A stretch of DNA of 64,000 nucleotides from Eledone cirrhosa (taxonomy: Eukaryota), in contig OZ024741.1 of assembly GCA_964016885.1 (NCBI GenBank), forward strand, positions 149,792,001-149,856,000. The letters run 5' to 3'. The notes beneath the pieces were generated by a model. It did no database searches and was not told where the DNA came from. It worked only from the letters and a program-made list of their open reading frames with translations. Position numbers and translations under genes: made by a program. Positions 27,191 through 40,063 of this stretch are shown in pieces. Within the stretch, counting starts at the first letter, position 1, and each line of letters opens with the position of its first letter.

Positions 27191-28839
27191 AGTAAAGAGA
27201 GAGTGAGGGAGGACGAGAAATTAATAGGACCACCGACTAACACTATATTACCAACAAACCAGGCAAAGCTCTATTTCAAAAGCAAGCTGTATATCTCGAG
27301 GGAGAAAAGGACCATATCAACCACACAAATAAAGGCATGTCTTTTTGAAACGTAACCAAGTAAAAAAAAATCGTTTTCAGAAGCTTGAAATTCACAATTT
27401 TGCGTGTGTTGCGTGAATTCTAACAGAGTACAGAGTAATTTCGAATTCAATTTTCAGTAGAAACCGTTTTCACTCGCCAGAGAAATAAAAGCGTTATTAC
27501 AGAAACCCTAGCACTTAACACACACACACACGCGCGTATGTGCGTGTGGTTTTTATATAAATGTTTTACACAACTAAGTTATTGTTCTTCCTATAAAAGG
27601 TTTAGAATGTTAAGAACATCAGACCTTTCATTAAACACATTGTTTAGTCCCTAAAAAATAAAAATACAAGAAAATATGTATGTTGAGAACAGCGGCGTAA
27701 TTAAAAACGAAACAGACCAGTTGGGGGATGTTAAATAACTTGGCTTTCCTGAATTATCGAAACGAATTGCTGACTTTTAACAAACTTGTCTCTCCCTCCC
27801 CGCCTCATATATATGGGTGTATTTTTTTTTTAAAGTAGGTTTCAAAAAATGTTATATATATATAGTTAATGGTAAATAAACATGTTGAAACGGGAATTGC
27901 CAGGTAAAATAATGAATTATCTCTCTCCCTCACTATACAAGCACACGTGTGTGCTTGTATAGTGAGCCAAAGTACTTTCTGTTGTAGTGTTCGCAAAACA
28001 AAATGATAATAGCAGTAGTAGCAATCTAGTTTGGTCTTTTCTTCAGAACAATAGACAGAAAGCGATGAAATGGGAGAGAAAGAACGTTGAAAACATTTAG
28101 TGGACGACAGCAGCAGCCATAGACAGACACAAGAGAAGATTGAGTGCAAGCCAACGCTCATCGTTGCTTGTAGCTCCAAATCAAACTTGATCGAGCAGAC
28201 ATCAAAAGCATTCCAGTTGTGACCATCCCGTCTTTTTTTAAAGAACATACATACAGAGCTACACACTTATATAAAATTATGTGCGTCCGTATTTGCACGA
28301 ACATATGTATTTATAATTTACTTTCTATATGATTTTGCCAACTTTTCCTTATCCAAAACAGTATAATGTGGTTTAAGGGGCAATCTGCTAGCATTTCTGG
28401 CAAGCAAAGTATATCACAAGAGTGGTAATGTTAGCACAGACAGAGAGACAGGAATAACGACCTTCCCCTTCATGTCATGTGTGTATGTGTGTTTGTTACA
28501 CATGATGACTATGGCGGTAATACTGATGACTACCAGCGAGCGGAAACTAGAGCTGGACTGCAACTTGATAAAACGGGGGCAAGCAGCAATGTTATGTTAT
28601 GTTGTGTTATATATATATAAGCGAGAGATATATCTATATTTTGAGGATATATTGTATATTTGTGTATGACCATGATACATCAGTTCCGAAATTAAAATAT
28701 ACATTTTATTTTGTTTTTTAACGAAGATCGAAATAGGGTATATATAAACACACTTGTACGTATACGAATATAACATACAAGTATGCTGTGCGTTCATGTG
28801 TAAAGATAGAGCCATACTTCATGCACACACTAACAACGC

Positions 28840-28980
28840 CAAAATGGGAGTCACTAGGTCTGCTAGAAATAGTAGCGAAATTTTCCTCAAAACCACAATC
28901 ACGCCGTTTTAAAAATGAAAAACGCATTAATGTGGTCATCAGTGCTCTGATCAAGATTGACCTGGGACTAAACATAACGC
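28840..28980 (+). repeat. Dispersed SINE-like family (CTAGAAATAGC..AAATCAC..GGAATGCC..GACCTGGG.CTAAACAA)
   Basis: Diverged copies at about 25640-25712, 28165-28240(-), 52715-52840, 55650-55732, 56118-56195(-), 57650-57840. Confidence 0.6.
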
Positions 28981-31205
28981 CTATATCAAAAGTTGATTAC
29001 TATTTTTAAATGTACGCAATTCACATAGCTCAACTTTATACACTTGTTTGTGTCTATACATCTATACGTTTGTTCACATTAAATCTCATAGTAGTCACCG
29101 TCTCGAGATGGACAATGTTTGGAATGTTGAAAAGGACATATTCATTGTAAAATTGTATCTTGTATGGCTTGTCTTGGTTAGTTAAGGTTTGTAGTATTCA
29201 TTTACTTTTTTGTTGTTGGGTGGGGTTTATGTGAGAAAAAAATTAGGTGTGTATATATAAATATACATTCATACACACCAAAATGTAAGCAAAGCAAATG
29301 TATCAGTCAGCCGAGCCACCAGTCAATGTTATATGTCTTGTTGCTAATCTACCTCATATTTGTGGTGTAAGCAACTCAAGTGTATATCATTTCCCCTGCG
29401 GTTATCTTTATTCTTCATATTTTACTTCTCTCACATCGGTTTGTAATTCTTTACTATATACATATGTTTGGATGTATAAGTATATTATATATTCTACAAA
29501 TGGGAGAAAATTACTCCATGTCTAGACCCAGCCATGACTATCTCATGTTTGCTAAGGATTTGGTTGTTCCTGTAATGTTGAACTAGAAGTTCCCCTCTTT
29601 CTCTGACTAGCCAACATATGTAGCAGAATGCAACGGAGTGAATTATCAGCTTAGAATGATATATATTACATAAAAAATATATGTATAACTATACCTCGGT
29701 TGAGATAAATTCAAGCTGGCTCCATGAGACCAACTTGGTAAAACAAATTAAACATGCGTGTGTACATATCGTATAAGACCCACCCCTATTTACAAAATAT
29801 ACTATATATTTTTTTATCAGTTTTAGTAGTTACATCGTATGATGGTCGCATTATCGTAAAAAAGGAGCGAGTTTATCAAATATGACTAGTGTAAGATAAT
29901 TTAATAGGCGCACATACACACATTATATATACATCGAACACATTATTCGTGCATAAATGCAAGCTGTGTGTGTGTACATAAAATGTTTTATCACACGTTC
30001 CGTCTCCTTAATCTGTGTATGATAAACAAGAATCTATAACTGCTAACAAATTCAACGCCCCTGCAATAGAGTAAGAAGTGGAATCGTCCAGAACGTTGAC
30101 AACGAACACTTATATATGTCGGGGCTCATCAAACGTGTCCGACTATATGACTAGAGCTATGCAGGAATGAGGACGGAGAGGACCAACTGAAACAGTTAGT
30201 CCCATGGTTTACAGGGGATGGGGTAAAAATAAAACCTGAACTTGGGAATTGCATAGAATTTTGTTTTTGTTTCTTCGTTTTCAGAGAACAGGCGAGAAAA
30301 AGTGAGATATACAGAAAAGAAGGGGAGGAAGGAGATTAGAAAAAAAATTAGGAGTGAGAGGTGGTAAGAGAGCGAAAGGTCCTGAAACAAAAGGAGTGAA
30401 GCGAAGGGGAGGAGGGAGAATGAGGTGCTATCAGAGAAAGAAAGAATTAGATAAGAGAGGGATGAAAAAGTGGATCAGGCAGAGGAAGGAAAAAACACGA
30501 GATAGATGAGATATTATTTATATAATGGAGAGAAAGATAGATTAGAGAGAGGGAATAAAAAGGTGGGAGAATGGGGTATTGTGATTGTTGAAATGTAGTC
30601 GACGGCTTGTGGCCGTAAGTGATGGAAAGAGGAGGTAAGGTCGAGTTCATTTTTTTTTTTTTATTTCAAGCTAGTCGACTCTGGCACACACTATACCATA
30701 CAACTGATTGTAAAGGAAATAAAGCGCGCTGCAACGAGAAAGGGGAATGAGAGAAAAGTATGATAGAGAGAGAACGTATACTAGATAGTGGAGGACATGT
30801 ATGATAGAAAGAAAGACGGAATGAACTAGGGGACGAATACAACATACCACACACATATTTTCTCTCAAGACAATGTTTATTATCTATATAGGTAGGAAGG
30901 TAGGTAAGAGATGAACTGTAAACAATAAACAACCTAATTTTAATTTATCTATTATAAACGAAAGAGATCAAACAACGTTTATAGTATTGTAGAGGGAAAA
31001 TAAAGAAATAATAATACAAAGAGGACCCGAGACTAACATTATTTAAAGTAGAAGAGAGATGGCTGATAGAGAAGGAAACTAGATAAATATTGAGATATAT
31101 CTAAGTGAATTAACAAGGACATTGGCGATGAACGACTAGATTTTTGTGTAGGATCGAATTTCGTTGTCTAGGAAGACATGACTGAACTACAAAATATCCA
31201 ACTTG

Positions 31206-31245
<40 letters not shown>

Positions 31246-31954
31246 GTATGTATGTGACATTCGCGCGAACTGGAACAACTAAACTAATTAAACCAAAGAC
31301 AAACCACAAACATTTCGACAAAATATTTTATGGTTGACTGGAAAGAAGCCAAAATAAAATAGATTTGTGTATGTGTGCGTATGTATATATATATATGTAT
31401 GTATGCGTGTGTGATGTTTTATATTTTGAAGTAGCTCTAACCGTTGTTTATCTATAGGTATATATACGAAAGATGTAGGTCACCCCAAATTGATTCTCGC
31501 TGTGAGAAAAACAAAAAGGGAGAAATAGGTAAACAAAATTTCAACCGGTCAAACCAAACAAATTGACACAAAAATATTTATTCCTAAACATCGCTGTAAC
31601 AACAAAGAACATTCGGGGGGGAAATATGGTAGATAGAATGATACGAACATAATATTGATTTACAATGTTTTGTTGTGTATTCACGTCAAAAAAGGCACAC
31701 GACATGAAAATAGTTATGTTGTTACATATGCATATTGAAAACTAGGAAAGCTATAGTCCCGGACGAACATCTGATGAAAATATGTGAATGCATACAACAT
31801 CTGAAGCATGGAGAGAAAAAATCAACGATATTTACCTTTAGACATTGGATGATGACGGTGATTTTTCCCACTTAGTGAAAACGAGTATGGCAATCTAGCC
31901 ACATCAACCACCATCAGCGATGTACCATCCTAACTCCTGTAACAACATTTGGAA

Positions 31955-32085
31955 ATCCCTTACGTCATACTCGCGAGCCAATCAGCGACGAGCGGCCACT
32001 TTGAAACGCCAATGGAAAAACATGGGCTTGTCTTCCGGGTTAGCAGTCGTCGTAGCAATCAGCTCGCGCTATCCTGTGTGTAAGT
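31955..32085. promoter_or_regulatory. CpG-rich core promoter candidate, possibly bidirectional
   Basis: TTACGTCA (CRE-like) 31960-67; CTCGCGAG 31970-77; CCAAT at 31978 and 32009; TTTGAAA (CHR-like) 32000-06; CTTCCGG (ETS) 32032-38; + donor GTAAGT 32080; - donor GTAAAT 31835. Confidence 0.55.
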
Positions 32086-33464
32086 ACTAAAAGATTAGCT
32101 GCTGTTCCATGTCGGGGTATATCTAGTTCGTTTCTGTTTTAACTGCAGAAATTATAGTCGAAGCCCTACGATTTCGAATGAATATAAACACATCTATCAT
32201 GGAGCCTCTACTAGCGAAAACAGATCCTACCATCTGAAAAAATACGAAGCACACGCTACACTACGTTGCAATTATCTACGACACAGATCATACAACACTT
32301 ATTATATAGTAACATAGTAACACTACTACACACACACAATATAATCCAAACAAGAGAGCTTCATAGTAAGAACTCTTTAGGTAAGGTTGTTTGATCGTGA
32401 TGATATAGTGTTAGTCTGAAATTGGACCTAAGACGTTCCCGTGATGACCATCTCTTTTTTTTTTTCAGGCAGTACCTAGGATTACTTTATCTAATTTCTT
32501 TACTTTTTAAAGAAAAATAAGATTTGATTTCACGGCAATGTAGATGCTATTTCTAGCAGGGAAACAGGCACCATCGTTGGTCAAATTAGTGGTATCGTTT
32601 AGATTATTTTCTTTTAAAATCAGATTATATCCTTCGAAGCTGATTAACTGCGTCTCTAGACTACATATATTGAGTACCCTTTCTCCCGTTTGTACACGTA
32701 TATAGAGTAAACTGAGTGTTAAAATACCGTATAATTGACAACAAATCTCCATTTTAAAAAGTGAAAATATATTGTATTTATATGATTAATTGCGTATATG
32801 CAGATTAGGGTTCTTCCCGAGCTCGTTTATATATATATATATAGTGGGGAAGTTACTAGTTTTGATTAGTAAGACTATTGTTCAGCTTAGTACTCGATAC
32901 TTAAGACAGTAGAATGTAGATATTATACTGATGTTCTGCCCTACGGTTGAGCTCTTACCGTTTCGACAAGAATGTGTGCGAGAGCGGGTGAATCGAACCA
33001 TATATTTTTACTTTCTTCGAACGAGATCTATAGTATTAAATAACTATGTTTTAGCAACCCAAATATGATTAAAGTTAATACAACGAAATAATTATAAGGT
33101 TTCTGAAGATAAAAATACATAGCAAATAAGATTTGATTTAGGAAGCCAAACAAGCCACCTGGTTAATATCGCAGAAAGCTTTTCTGGTCTTATGAACATT
33201 GTATTTATTTCTACCTGGCCATATTACTGCGTGTAGTTTTGTTGCAGCTTCAGCAATAGGATTCAAAATTGATACTTCAAAAAGTGATATCTTAACAATA
33301 ATCGATTTTATAAATATATAAAATATATATAGAATATATATATTATATATAAAAAGTATATTTTATATATATGTATGTGTATATAATATATAAAGTACAT
33401 ATATATGAGCAACTACAGAGGAATAAAACTAATGGACCGAGTTACGAAAGTGACTAAAAGAATT

Positions 33465-34205
33465 CTAGAAAAGGCTTTGACAGAGTAACTTGATCTGTTA
33501 TCTGGTCCTTAAGAAAACTAGATGTAGATAAATGGCTTGTGAGAGAAGTGCAAGCCATGTATGTACCGAGGAGCTGTCAGTAGAATGAGAGTATGAAGTG
33601 AATTTAGTGAGGTATTCAAGGTATAGGTAGAAGTTCATCAAGGTTCGGTTTTCAGCCCACTTTTGTTCATTATAGTTCTCCAGGCCATGATGGAGATGTT
33701 TAAGATTGGCTGTTCATAGGTCTATGCAGATGATCTGGTTCTTTTCGCTGAATCCATAAAAGAAATACAGAATACGTTCCAACTATGAAAACAGAATTTT
33801 CGATCAAAAGAGTTGAGAGTAAACAAAAAATACTAAAGTTTTGGTAAGCAAGAAAGAAGACAGGACCCTATACGATGTACACAATGCAAATATTGGGTAA
33901 ACAGAGGTGTAGGAGGATAGCAGGCAAACTAACAGGAAAGGAAGCCATTGTATGTAAAAGATGCACAGGGGAAATCGACGGGAAGAGCATCAGTAATATA
34001 AACCTTTTCCAATCACATGAAGGATCCATAGAAGTGGTTGATACCTTCTACTACCTTGGTGACTTAATTAGCAGCTGAGGGATTGCTCTGAGAGCATAAT
34101 AGCTAAACTAAGAATAGGATGGAAGAAGTTTAGAGAGCTACTCCCACTGTTGATAAAAGGTTTCTCCCTATGTACAAAAGAATGACTGAGTAAAATGCGA
34201 TGCTG
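33465..34205 (+). pseudogene. Degraded RTE RT fragment
   Basis: LEKAFDRV..LRKLDVDKWLVR..HQGS..YADD (about 33723)..TFYYLGD, with stops and frameshifts. Confidence 0.88.
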
Positions 34206-34244
34206 CATGTTTGTGAAAAATGGGCAGAGAAATAAAGCAAACAT

Positions 34245-34478
34245 GCTGGATGCCTTTCCTAACACCAACCTCATTTACAGTGAGTGCTGGGTGCTTTTTT
34301 GCAGTGGAATGATAGGGACCCCAGTCCCTATCATCTCATTTCTACAGCTGAGTAAACTGGAGGAATGTAAAATAAAGTGTCTTGCTCAAGGAAACAACAC
34401 ATCACCCGGTCTGAGAATTGAACTCAAAACCTTTCGATTGCAAGGCTAATGCTCTAACCACTAAGCCCTGTGCCTCCA
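34245..34478 (-). mobile_element. tRNA SINE, same family as 8779-9127, internally deleted
   Basis: Near identity to the reverse complement of 8779-9033. Confidence 0.88.
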
Positions 34479-34519
34479 GACATAAATACAATAAGTTTGG
34501 TTTATCTGGCGCCTACACG

Positions 34520-36480
34520 AAGCCTGAACCTGACATGGCTCAGAAGGCCAAGTCAAGTCAGGAGTGGAACAATCTCGAGCATTGATCACATGACACGACG
34601 GTCAGTAGTCTGGGCTGGGGTTTCCAGGCCTTGCGTTGCGTTCTTTTTATCTTTTCTTCGGTCCTCCTTTTCTCAAAAGTGGAACAACCAAAATGAATTG
34701 GTCTTTACGAGGATGGAGGGTCAGTGGCTTCTGTTTCCCAGTTGTTGGAGCTGATTCTGGCTTGAAGGAGGAAAGGATCTTTGAATCTACATTTTGGAGC
34801 TCACAATATTGTTTGCTATTGACGAATTTGCTGTAGAGGATGGTCTGTAGGAGTCTTGAAGGGGTCATTTGGGTGAGATGTCCTGACCACCTGAGGCAAT
34901 GCTTCAGAATGGCAGTTTCAATGCTTGGCATTTCTGTGCAATTGAGGACTTTGTTGTTGGTGCATTGGTCATGCCATTTGATGTTGAGAATATGCCAAAG
35001 CTTGGCTTGTTGGAAACACTCAAGCTTTTTCAGGTCTTTTTGATATAGTGTCCATGTCTGACAAGCCTAGAGCAAGGTGGAGATGACAATAGCATAGAAT
35101 ACCATGAGTTTTGTTTGACGGGAAAGCCCATGGCTGTTGAATACGCACTTGCTGAGTCTTCGAAAGCCTAATGAGCAGATTTGATGCAGTGGTCAATGTC
35201 TCTTTCGCATTTTCTGGACTGTGAGAGAGTGCTGCCAAGATATTGAAAGTCATTGGCAACTTCCAGAGGCATGTCAACTTTTGATGACAACTTCTGATGT
35301 TTCTTGTCCAGGAATAGGTTGTGCAAGTATCTTCATCTTGTCCACATTCACTTCCATCCCAAAGCAATAGTAGGCTTCGGAGATGAGAGCCAAACAGCCT
35401 TGGAGGTCAGCAGCAACAGAGGAGTAATGGGTGACATTGTCATCTGCATACTGGAGCTCCTTCATGTTGTTTTTCAATGTTCGAGTTTTGGATCTCAGAT
35501 GGGCGAGGTTGAAGAGTCTGCCATCCAGGCGATAGCAGATGTCAACACCAAGTGAGTCACGTGGGATCTTGTCGAGCATTGTCACTACATATGTGGAAAA
35601 CAGGGTTGGAACCAGGATGCAACACTGTTTCAGACCTCCGGATGGGGAATGGTTCTGAGAGTGCAGCTGCATCCTACCATGGCCATCATAGAGCACGAAT
35701 ATGAGGTTGACAAAGTGATTGGCGCAGCCAAAGCAAAGCAACACAGACCACATTGCTGGTTGTGGAACCTTGTTGAAGGCTTTGCGAAGGTCCCAAAAGA
35801 TGGAGAAAAGTGGCCACTGTTGTTCGTGCCTTTTCCTGTAGTAGCCTTGCACAGAGATCATGTCAATTGTTCCACATGAACGTTGAAAGCTGTATTGAGA
35901 TTTCAATGGTGAAAATTTTGCCGGCAATGCTGAGCAGGGAGATACCACAGTAGTTGTTGCACACTGACCAGTCTCCATTCTTGAAGATGGTAATGATGTT
36001 GCGTTTTTGGAGTCATCCAGAATGGTCTTGGTGTCCCACATTCACAGCATCAAGTAGAACAGCTTGGTTCTCAATCCGTATTCACCATATTTGAAGAGCT
36101 CCAAGGGGATGTTGTCTGAACTGGGAGCTTATCCAGGTTTCATTCGTTTGATGGCTTTCATGAATACTTGGAATCATGGAGGAAGGACCATCCATAGTTT
36201 TGACAGGTTGCTGCGGAGTGTTTCTCAAGACGCCTTCTGGGGTTTGAGAATGATCATTCAGCAGAAGCTGGAAATGTTCTCTCCAACGATGCATGATCTC
36301 TTCTTCTGTGGTAAAGATTTGACCATCAGAAGTTTTCAAGGCACCAGTAGACGACCAGATGGGGACCAAAGATCCCTTCATAAAAGTGTTGCATGTCTCC
36401 TTGGTCTGCATAGCCCTTGAGTTCAGCAGCCTTTGCTTGCCACCAGGTGTTCTGGATCTCTCTGAAGTACCTTTGACACA
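34520..36480 (-). pseudogene. BovB-like RTE LINE, 5'-truncated and degraded
   Basis: RWREHFQLLLN; DLRKAFNKV; GLKQCCILVPTLF; GVDICYRLDGRLFNL..ELQYADD; LRWSGHL..ILYS. Confidence 0.9.
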
Positions 36481-36482
36481 TT

Positions 36483-36948
36483 TATGTTTCTTGAATGCAT
36501 CTCGGTGGGTCATGCATTGTTACAGTAGCTTTGCAGACTTATTCTTTAACCATTTCTTCACCAACTTTAACAGGTTCAGAAGCATGCAAGTGTTCTCCTT
36601 TCTCAGTGCAATTTCTATTCTTCTAACCTTCGTATTCAAATGGGGTATTCAACCATCCTTTGCAACCCTTCACTTCACAACGCCATGTAATTGTTGTTTG
36701 AGTAGCTTTATTCTTTCTATAGATGAAACCATTATAGGCTATTTTGCTTTTACCATAATGGGTTACCTACTAATGCTAACTGATTTGAAAAATATCAAGG
36801 TCATTTAAATTAATATCTATTGACGTCAACCGCTGCCAAATGTATGATAGTATATATTTCGGTTAAAATTAATCTTCGCTGAAATTACTGTTTGCTCTTA
36901 ATGTTTCGCTCAAAATGACTTTGATTTTGTTCAAAATGAATGGAACCC
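36483..36948 (-). mobile_element. Mutator-like (MULE) transposon left end with FLYWCH zinc-finger relic
   Basis: 36766-36515 reads VTHYGKSKIAYNGFIYRKNKATQTTITWRCEVKGCKGWLNT..EHLH (2 stops); terminus GGGTTCCATTC with repeated TTCGCT(C/G)AAA motifs at 36857-36948. Confidence 0.75.
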
Positions 36949-37503
36949 ATTTAATGTCTATTTTTCCACGCTTGCATGTGTTAGACACCTTGTCATATTA
37001 TGAGACAAGTCAGGTCAGGTAATACACATCTCGCTCATACGAATTTGTATTTTACCTTGGGTTCTACAGCTGGATGCCCTTCCTAACACCAACCACATTA
37101 GTGTGGACTGGGTGCCTTTTATCAAGGTCACCAGAACAACCACTTTACAGGGTGGACTGGGCACTTTTTGTCATCACCAGCATGACCACTTTACATGGTG
37201 GACTGGGTTGCTCTTCTCTTGTAGAAATGACATTGTGAGAGATCAGATGTAGAGCATATCCAGCTTTCATGCTTGAAGGCATGGATTGGGCAGATGTGAT
37301 GGTTTTGAGAGAAGACAAGTAAGCAAATTCAATATGGGCGAGGTGCATGGGATATTTAACTGGCAGAGTATTTCAGCAGAGTATACTGGAGCAATGGGAA
37401 ATGAAGTGTTTTGCTCAAGAATACAACACGCAACCCAGAAATTGAACCCACGACATTATGATTGTAAGTCCAACACCCTTACCACTAGGTCACGTGCCTC
37501 CGC

Positions 37504-37549
<46 letters not shown>

Positions 37550-37569
37550 AATATATAATATGTCAATGT

Positions 37570-38054
37570 CAGGTCGCTCTTGAGTGTTACTAGTAACCTG
37601 TCATCCAGTACAACCTGTCACATGGTCATGTCATCAGTGACTAAACCAGCAACCCCTTCCCAGCTTGCTTAGTGAGGAGAGTTATTTTTTGGACACCTTG
37701 CAGGATGAAAAACAAAACTTGTCAAAGGACATGAACTCAGTAGAGTCAACATCTATCCATTAGAGTGTAAAAAAAGACAAGGTAGACAGAGTTAGTTAGC
37801 AGACTGTCTAGGAGAAGGATCCTTCTGAGTTCCAAACTAATTCCTTAGTCATCCTGGAAACATCTTCATCTTTGTGAAGGAGACGGATGTGATACGGCTC
37901 AGTAACCCACTTCGGAGTAATGGTCAGACGACCAACATCACTTTTTTCATGATGAGAATCATGGATATACAACATCTTATAGATGAGCATTGGTACATTT
38001 GCCCATGGTCCCCAAACTTCAGCAATAAAGATATCTCTCATCAAAATTATCATT

Positions 38055-38057
<3 letters not shown>
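37570..38057 (+). mobile_element. Short non-autonomous RTE-derived element (5'UTR-like part plus probable 3' end)
   Basis: HDV-like fold at the start; CACCTTGCAGGATGAAAAACAAAACTTGTCAAAGG and GTCTAGGAGAAGG..CTGAGTTCCAAAC blocks resemble RTE 5'UTRs; TGGTACATTTGCCCATGGTCCCC resembles the RTE end seen at 8217-8243. Confidence 0.5.
37593..37649 (+). ncRNA. Decayed HDV-like (nested double pseudoknot) ribozyme
   Basis: P1 GTAACC/GGTCAT, P2 CCAGT/ACCAG, P3 ACA/CAT, L3 ACCTGTCA, P4 TCA(TCAG)TGA, J4/2 CTAA in canonical order; P2 and P3 pair perfectly if four CpA are reverted to CpG. Confidence 0.6.
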
Positions 38058-38112
<55 letters not shown>

Positions 38113-38118
<6 letters not shown>

Positions 38119-39118
38119 GTTAGTCCTTCATCAGTGATCTTCCAACCATCATTGGTATTTCATCGCTTTAAAGACCATATACCTCCAGTTGGTGCGAGCA
38201 ACGGCTAAAAAAAGTCGTTGGGACACGTAAATAAAGGGGACATGAGAGTGTAAACAAACAAAGATGGTGAAGCAACGAAAAGTGAGGAAGAAGGAGTCAA
38301 GTCCCAAATCTCCATGAATATAAATTCGGTGAAATCGTGAACGAGAGAGAATAAAGACCATCAAACCTGGTTGGAATGTGAGCAAGGAAGGAATTCCGTA
38401 CAGGTCTAACGGGAGGAAGAAGGGATCTAGTCTGTGAATTCAGAGAACGTAAGTTCTGTGAAATCGTAGACGAGAGAGAGAAAAAAAGCGACCTGCCTGA
38501 CCAAGGGTGCGAAAGAAAAGAATTACGCACAGGTCAAACGGGAAGAAGGAGGAGGAGGAGAGGTAGTAACAGAGAATGAGTGAGTGAAGGGTGAGGAAGA
38601 GGCTAACAGAGAGAGCGACTGCTAGAGAGGGTAAAGATACAGAGAAAGAGGAAGCAGTAAGAACGAAATAGACGGGTCACAGCGGGGAAAAAAATATGTG
38701 TAAATATGAGAATAAACGTGCTGCGTGGTTGCTAATGGGTTACATATGAATAAAGTTAGTCCTTCATCAGTGATCTTCCAACCATCATTGGTATTTCATT
38801 GCTTTAAAGACCATATACCTCCGGTTGGTGCGAGCAACGGCTAAAAAAAGTCGTTGGGACACGTAAATAAAGGGGACACGACAGTGTAAACAAACAAAGA
38901 TGGTGAAGCAACAAAAAGTGAGGAAGAAGGAGTCAAGTCCCAAATCTCCATGAATATAAATTCGGTGAAATCGTGAACGAGAGAGAATAAAGATCATCAA
39001 ACCTGGTTGGAATGTGAGCAAGGAAGGAATTCCGTACAGGTCTAACAGGAGGAAGAAGGGATCTAGTCTGTGAATTCGGTGAACGTAAGTTCTGTGAAAT
39101 CATAGACGAGAGAGAGAA
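38113..39118 (-). mobile_element. Partial tandem duplication (~370-bp unit, 636-bp offset), probably Penelope-like pLTR
   Basis: 38113-38482 is nearly identical to 38749-39118; each unit ends on the minus strand in CTGATGAAGGACTAAC (half hammerhead); flanked by (AT)n. Confidence 0.65.
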
Positions 39119-39495
39119 TATATATATCATTTATGTTAAGTGGTTCGGATTAATAAACAATGATGCAACAAATTAATTGAAGCACCCAACATTGTATATA
39201 ACTGCGAATTGGGAGAGTCGTTAAGACGTCGGAAAGAATGCTTTATGGTAAACTTTCTACCTCATTGCGCTCTCTGAGTTCAAATCCTGCTATGGTCAAC
39301 TTTGCTTTTCATCCTTCGAGGTTCATAAAAAAGTACCAGTCCAGTACTAGGGTCAATTCTTTCTCTATAGAAAAAATTTGGCTGTGTTCAGACCTGGAGA
39401 GGGTTGGGCTCTGTCATGTTTAAGTGCCTTAGACACGCTGTGCGCCTCAACGATTCCACAAGGAGTTATGGGATCTTTATCCTTATATATTTACA

Positions 39496-39837
39496 TCATC
39501 ATCATCATCATCATTTTACGTCCGCTTTTCCCTGCTTGCAAGGGTGGGACGGGAACTGATTCTGGCTTGATTTCTACAGCTGGATGCCCTTCCTAACACC
39601 AACCTCATTTACAGTGAGTGCTGGGTGCTTTTTTGCCGTGGCACCTACACGACCACTTTGCAGTGGAATGATAGGGGCCCCAGTCCCTATCATCTCATTT
39701 CTACAGCTGAGTAAACTGGAGCAATGTGAAATAAAGTGTCTTGCTCAAGGAAACAACACATCACCCGGTCTGAGAATTGAACTCACAACCTTTCGATTGC
39801 AAGGCCAATGCTCTAACCACTAAGCCATGTGCCTCCA
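39496..39837 (-). mobile_element. Full-length tRNA SINE, near-identical to 8779-9127
   Basis: Same spurious ORF MPFLTPTSF..QCSNH; (CAT)n tail. Confidence 0.92.
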
Positions 39838-40027
39838 TGTGCCTCTATATATATATATGTAGATATATACATATACAAACACTACCACTTTTCCTCCACT
39901 TTTCTCTTCCGACTACTTCCATTTCACCATCTCCTTTGGAGCTTTCTTTTTCTCTAAACATTTTTTTTAAATTGTGCTATTACCCTACTCCTCAATTTTT
40001 CTATTTCCTCTTTAATTTCTCATTCTA

Positions 40028-40063
40028 TTTTCTGATGAAGGACTAGTGTCTGAAACGTTAAGA
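40028..40063 (+). ncRNA. Minimal hammerhead motif in a Penelope-like fragment (about 39880-40130)
   Basis: CTGATGA-A-GGAC(TAGT)GTCT-GAAA-CGTTA-AGA with palindromic AACGTT; same family as 53041-53160. Confidence 0.65.

Noticed and set aside
30148-30170. TGACTAGA miR-279-like seed
   Set aside because: No complementary arm, and the rest does not match
31765-31800. CTGATGA motifs here, at 61810 and (minus) at 37631
   Set aside because: No stem II plus GAAA arrangement; not hammerheads
38120-38165. Possible type II hammerhead (GAAA..CTGATGA on minus)
   Set aside because: No valid NUH triplet or stem I
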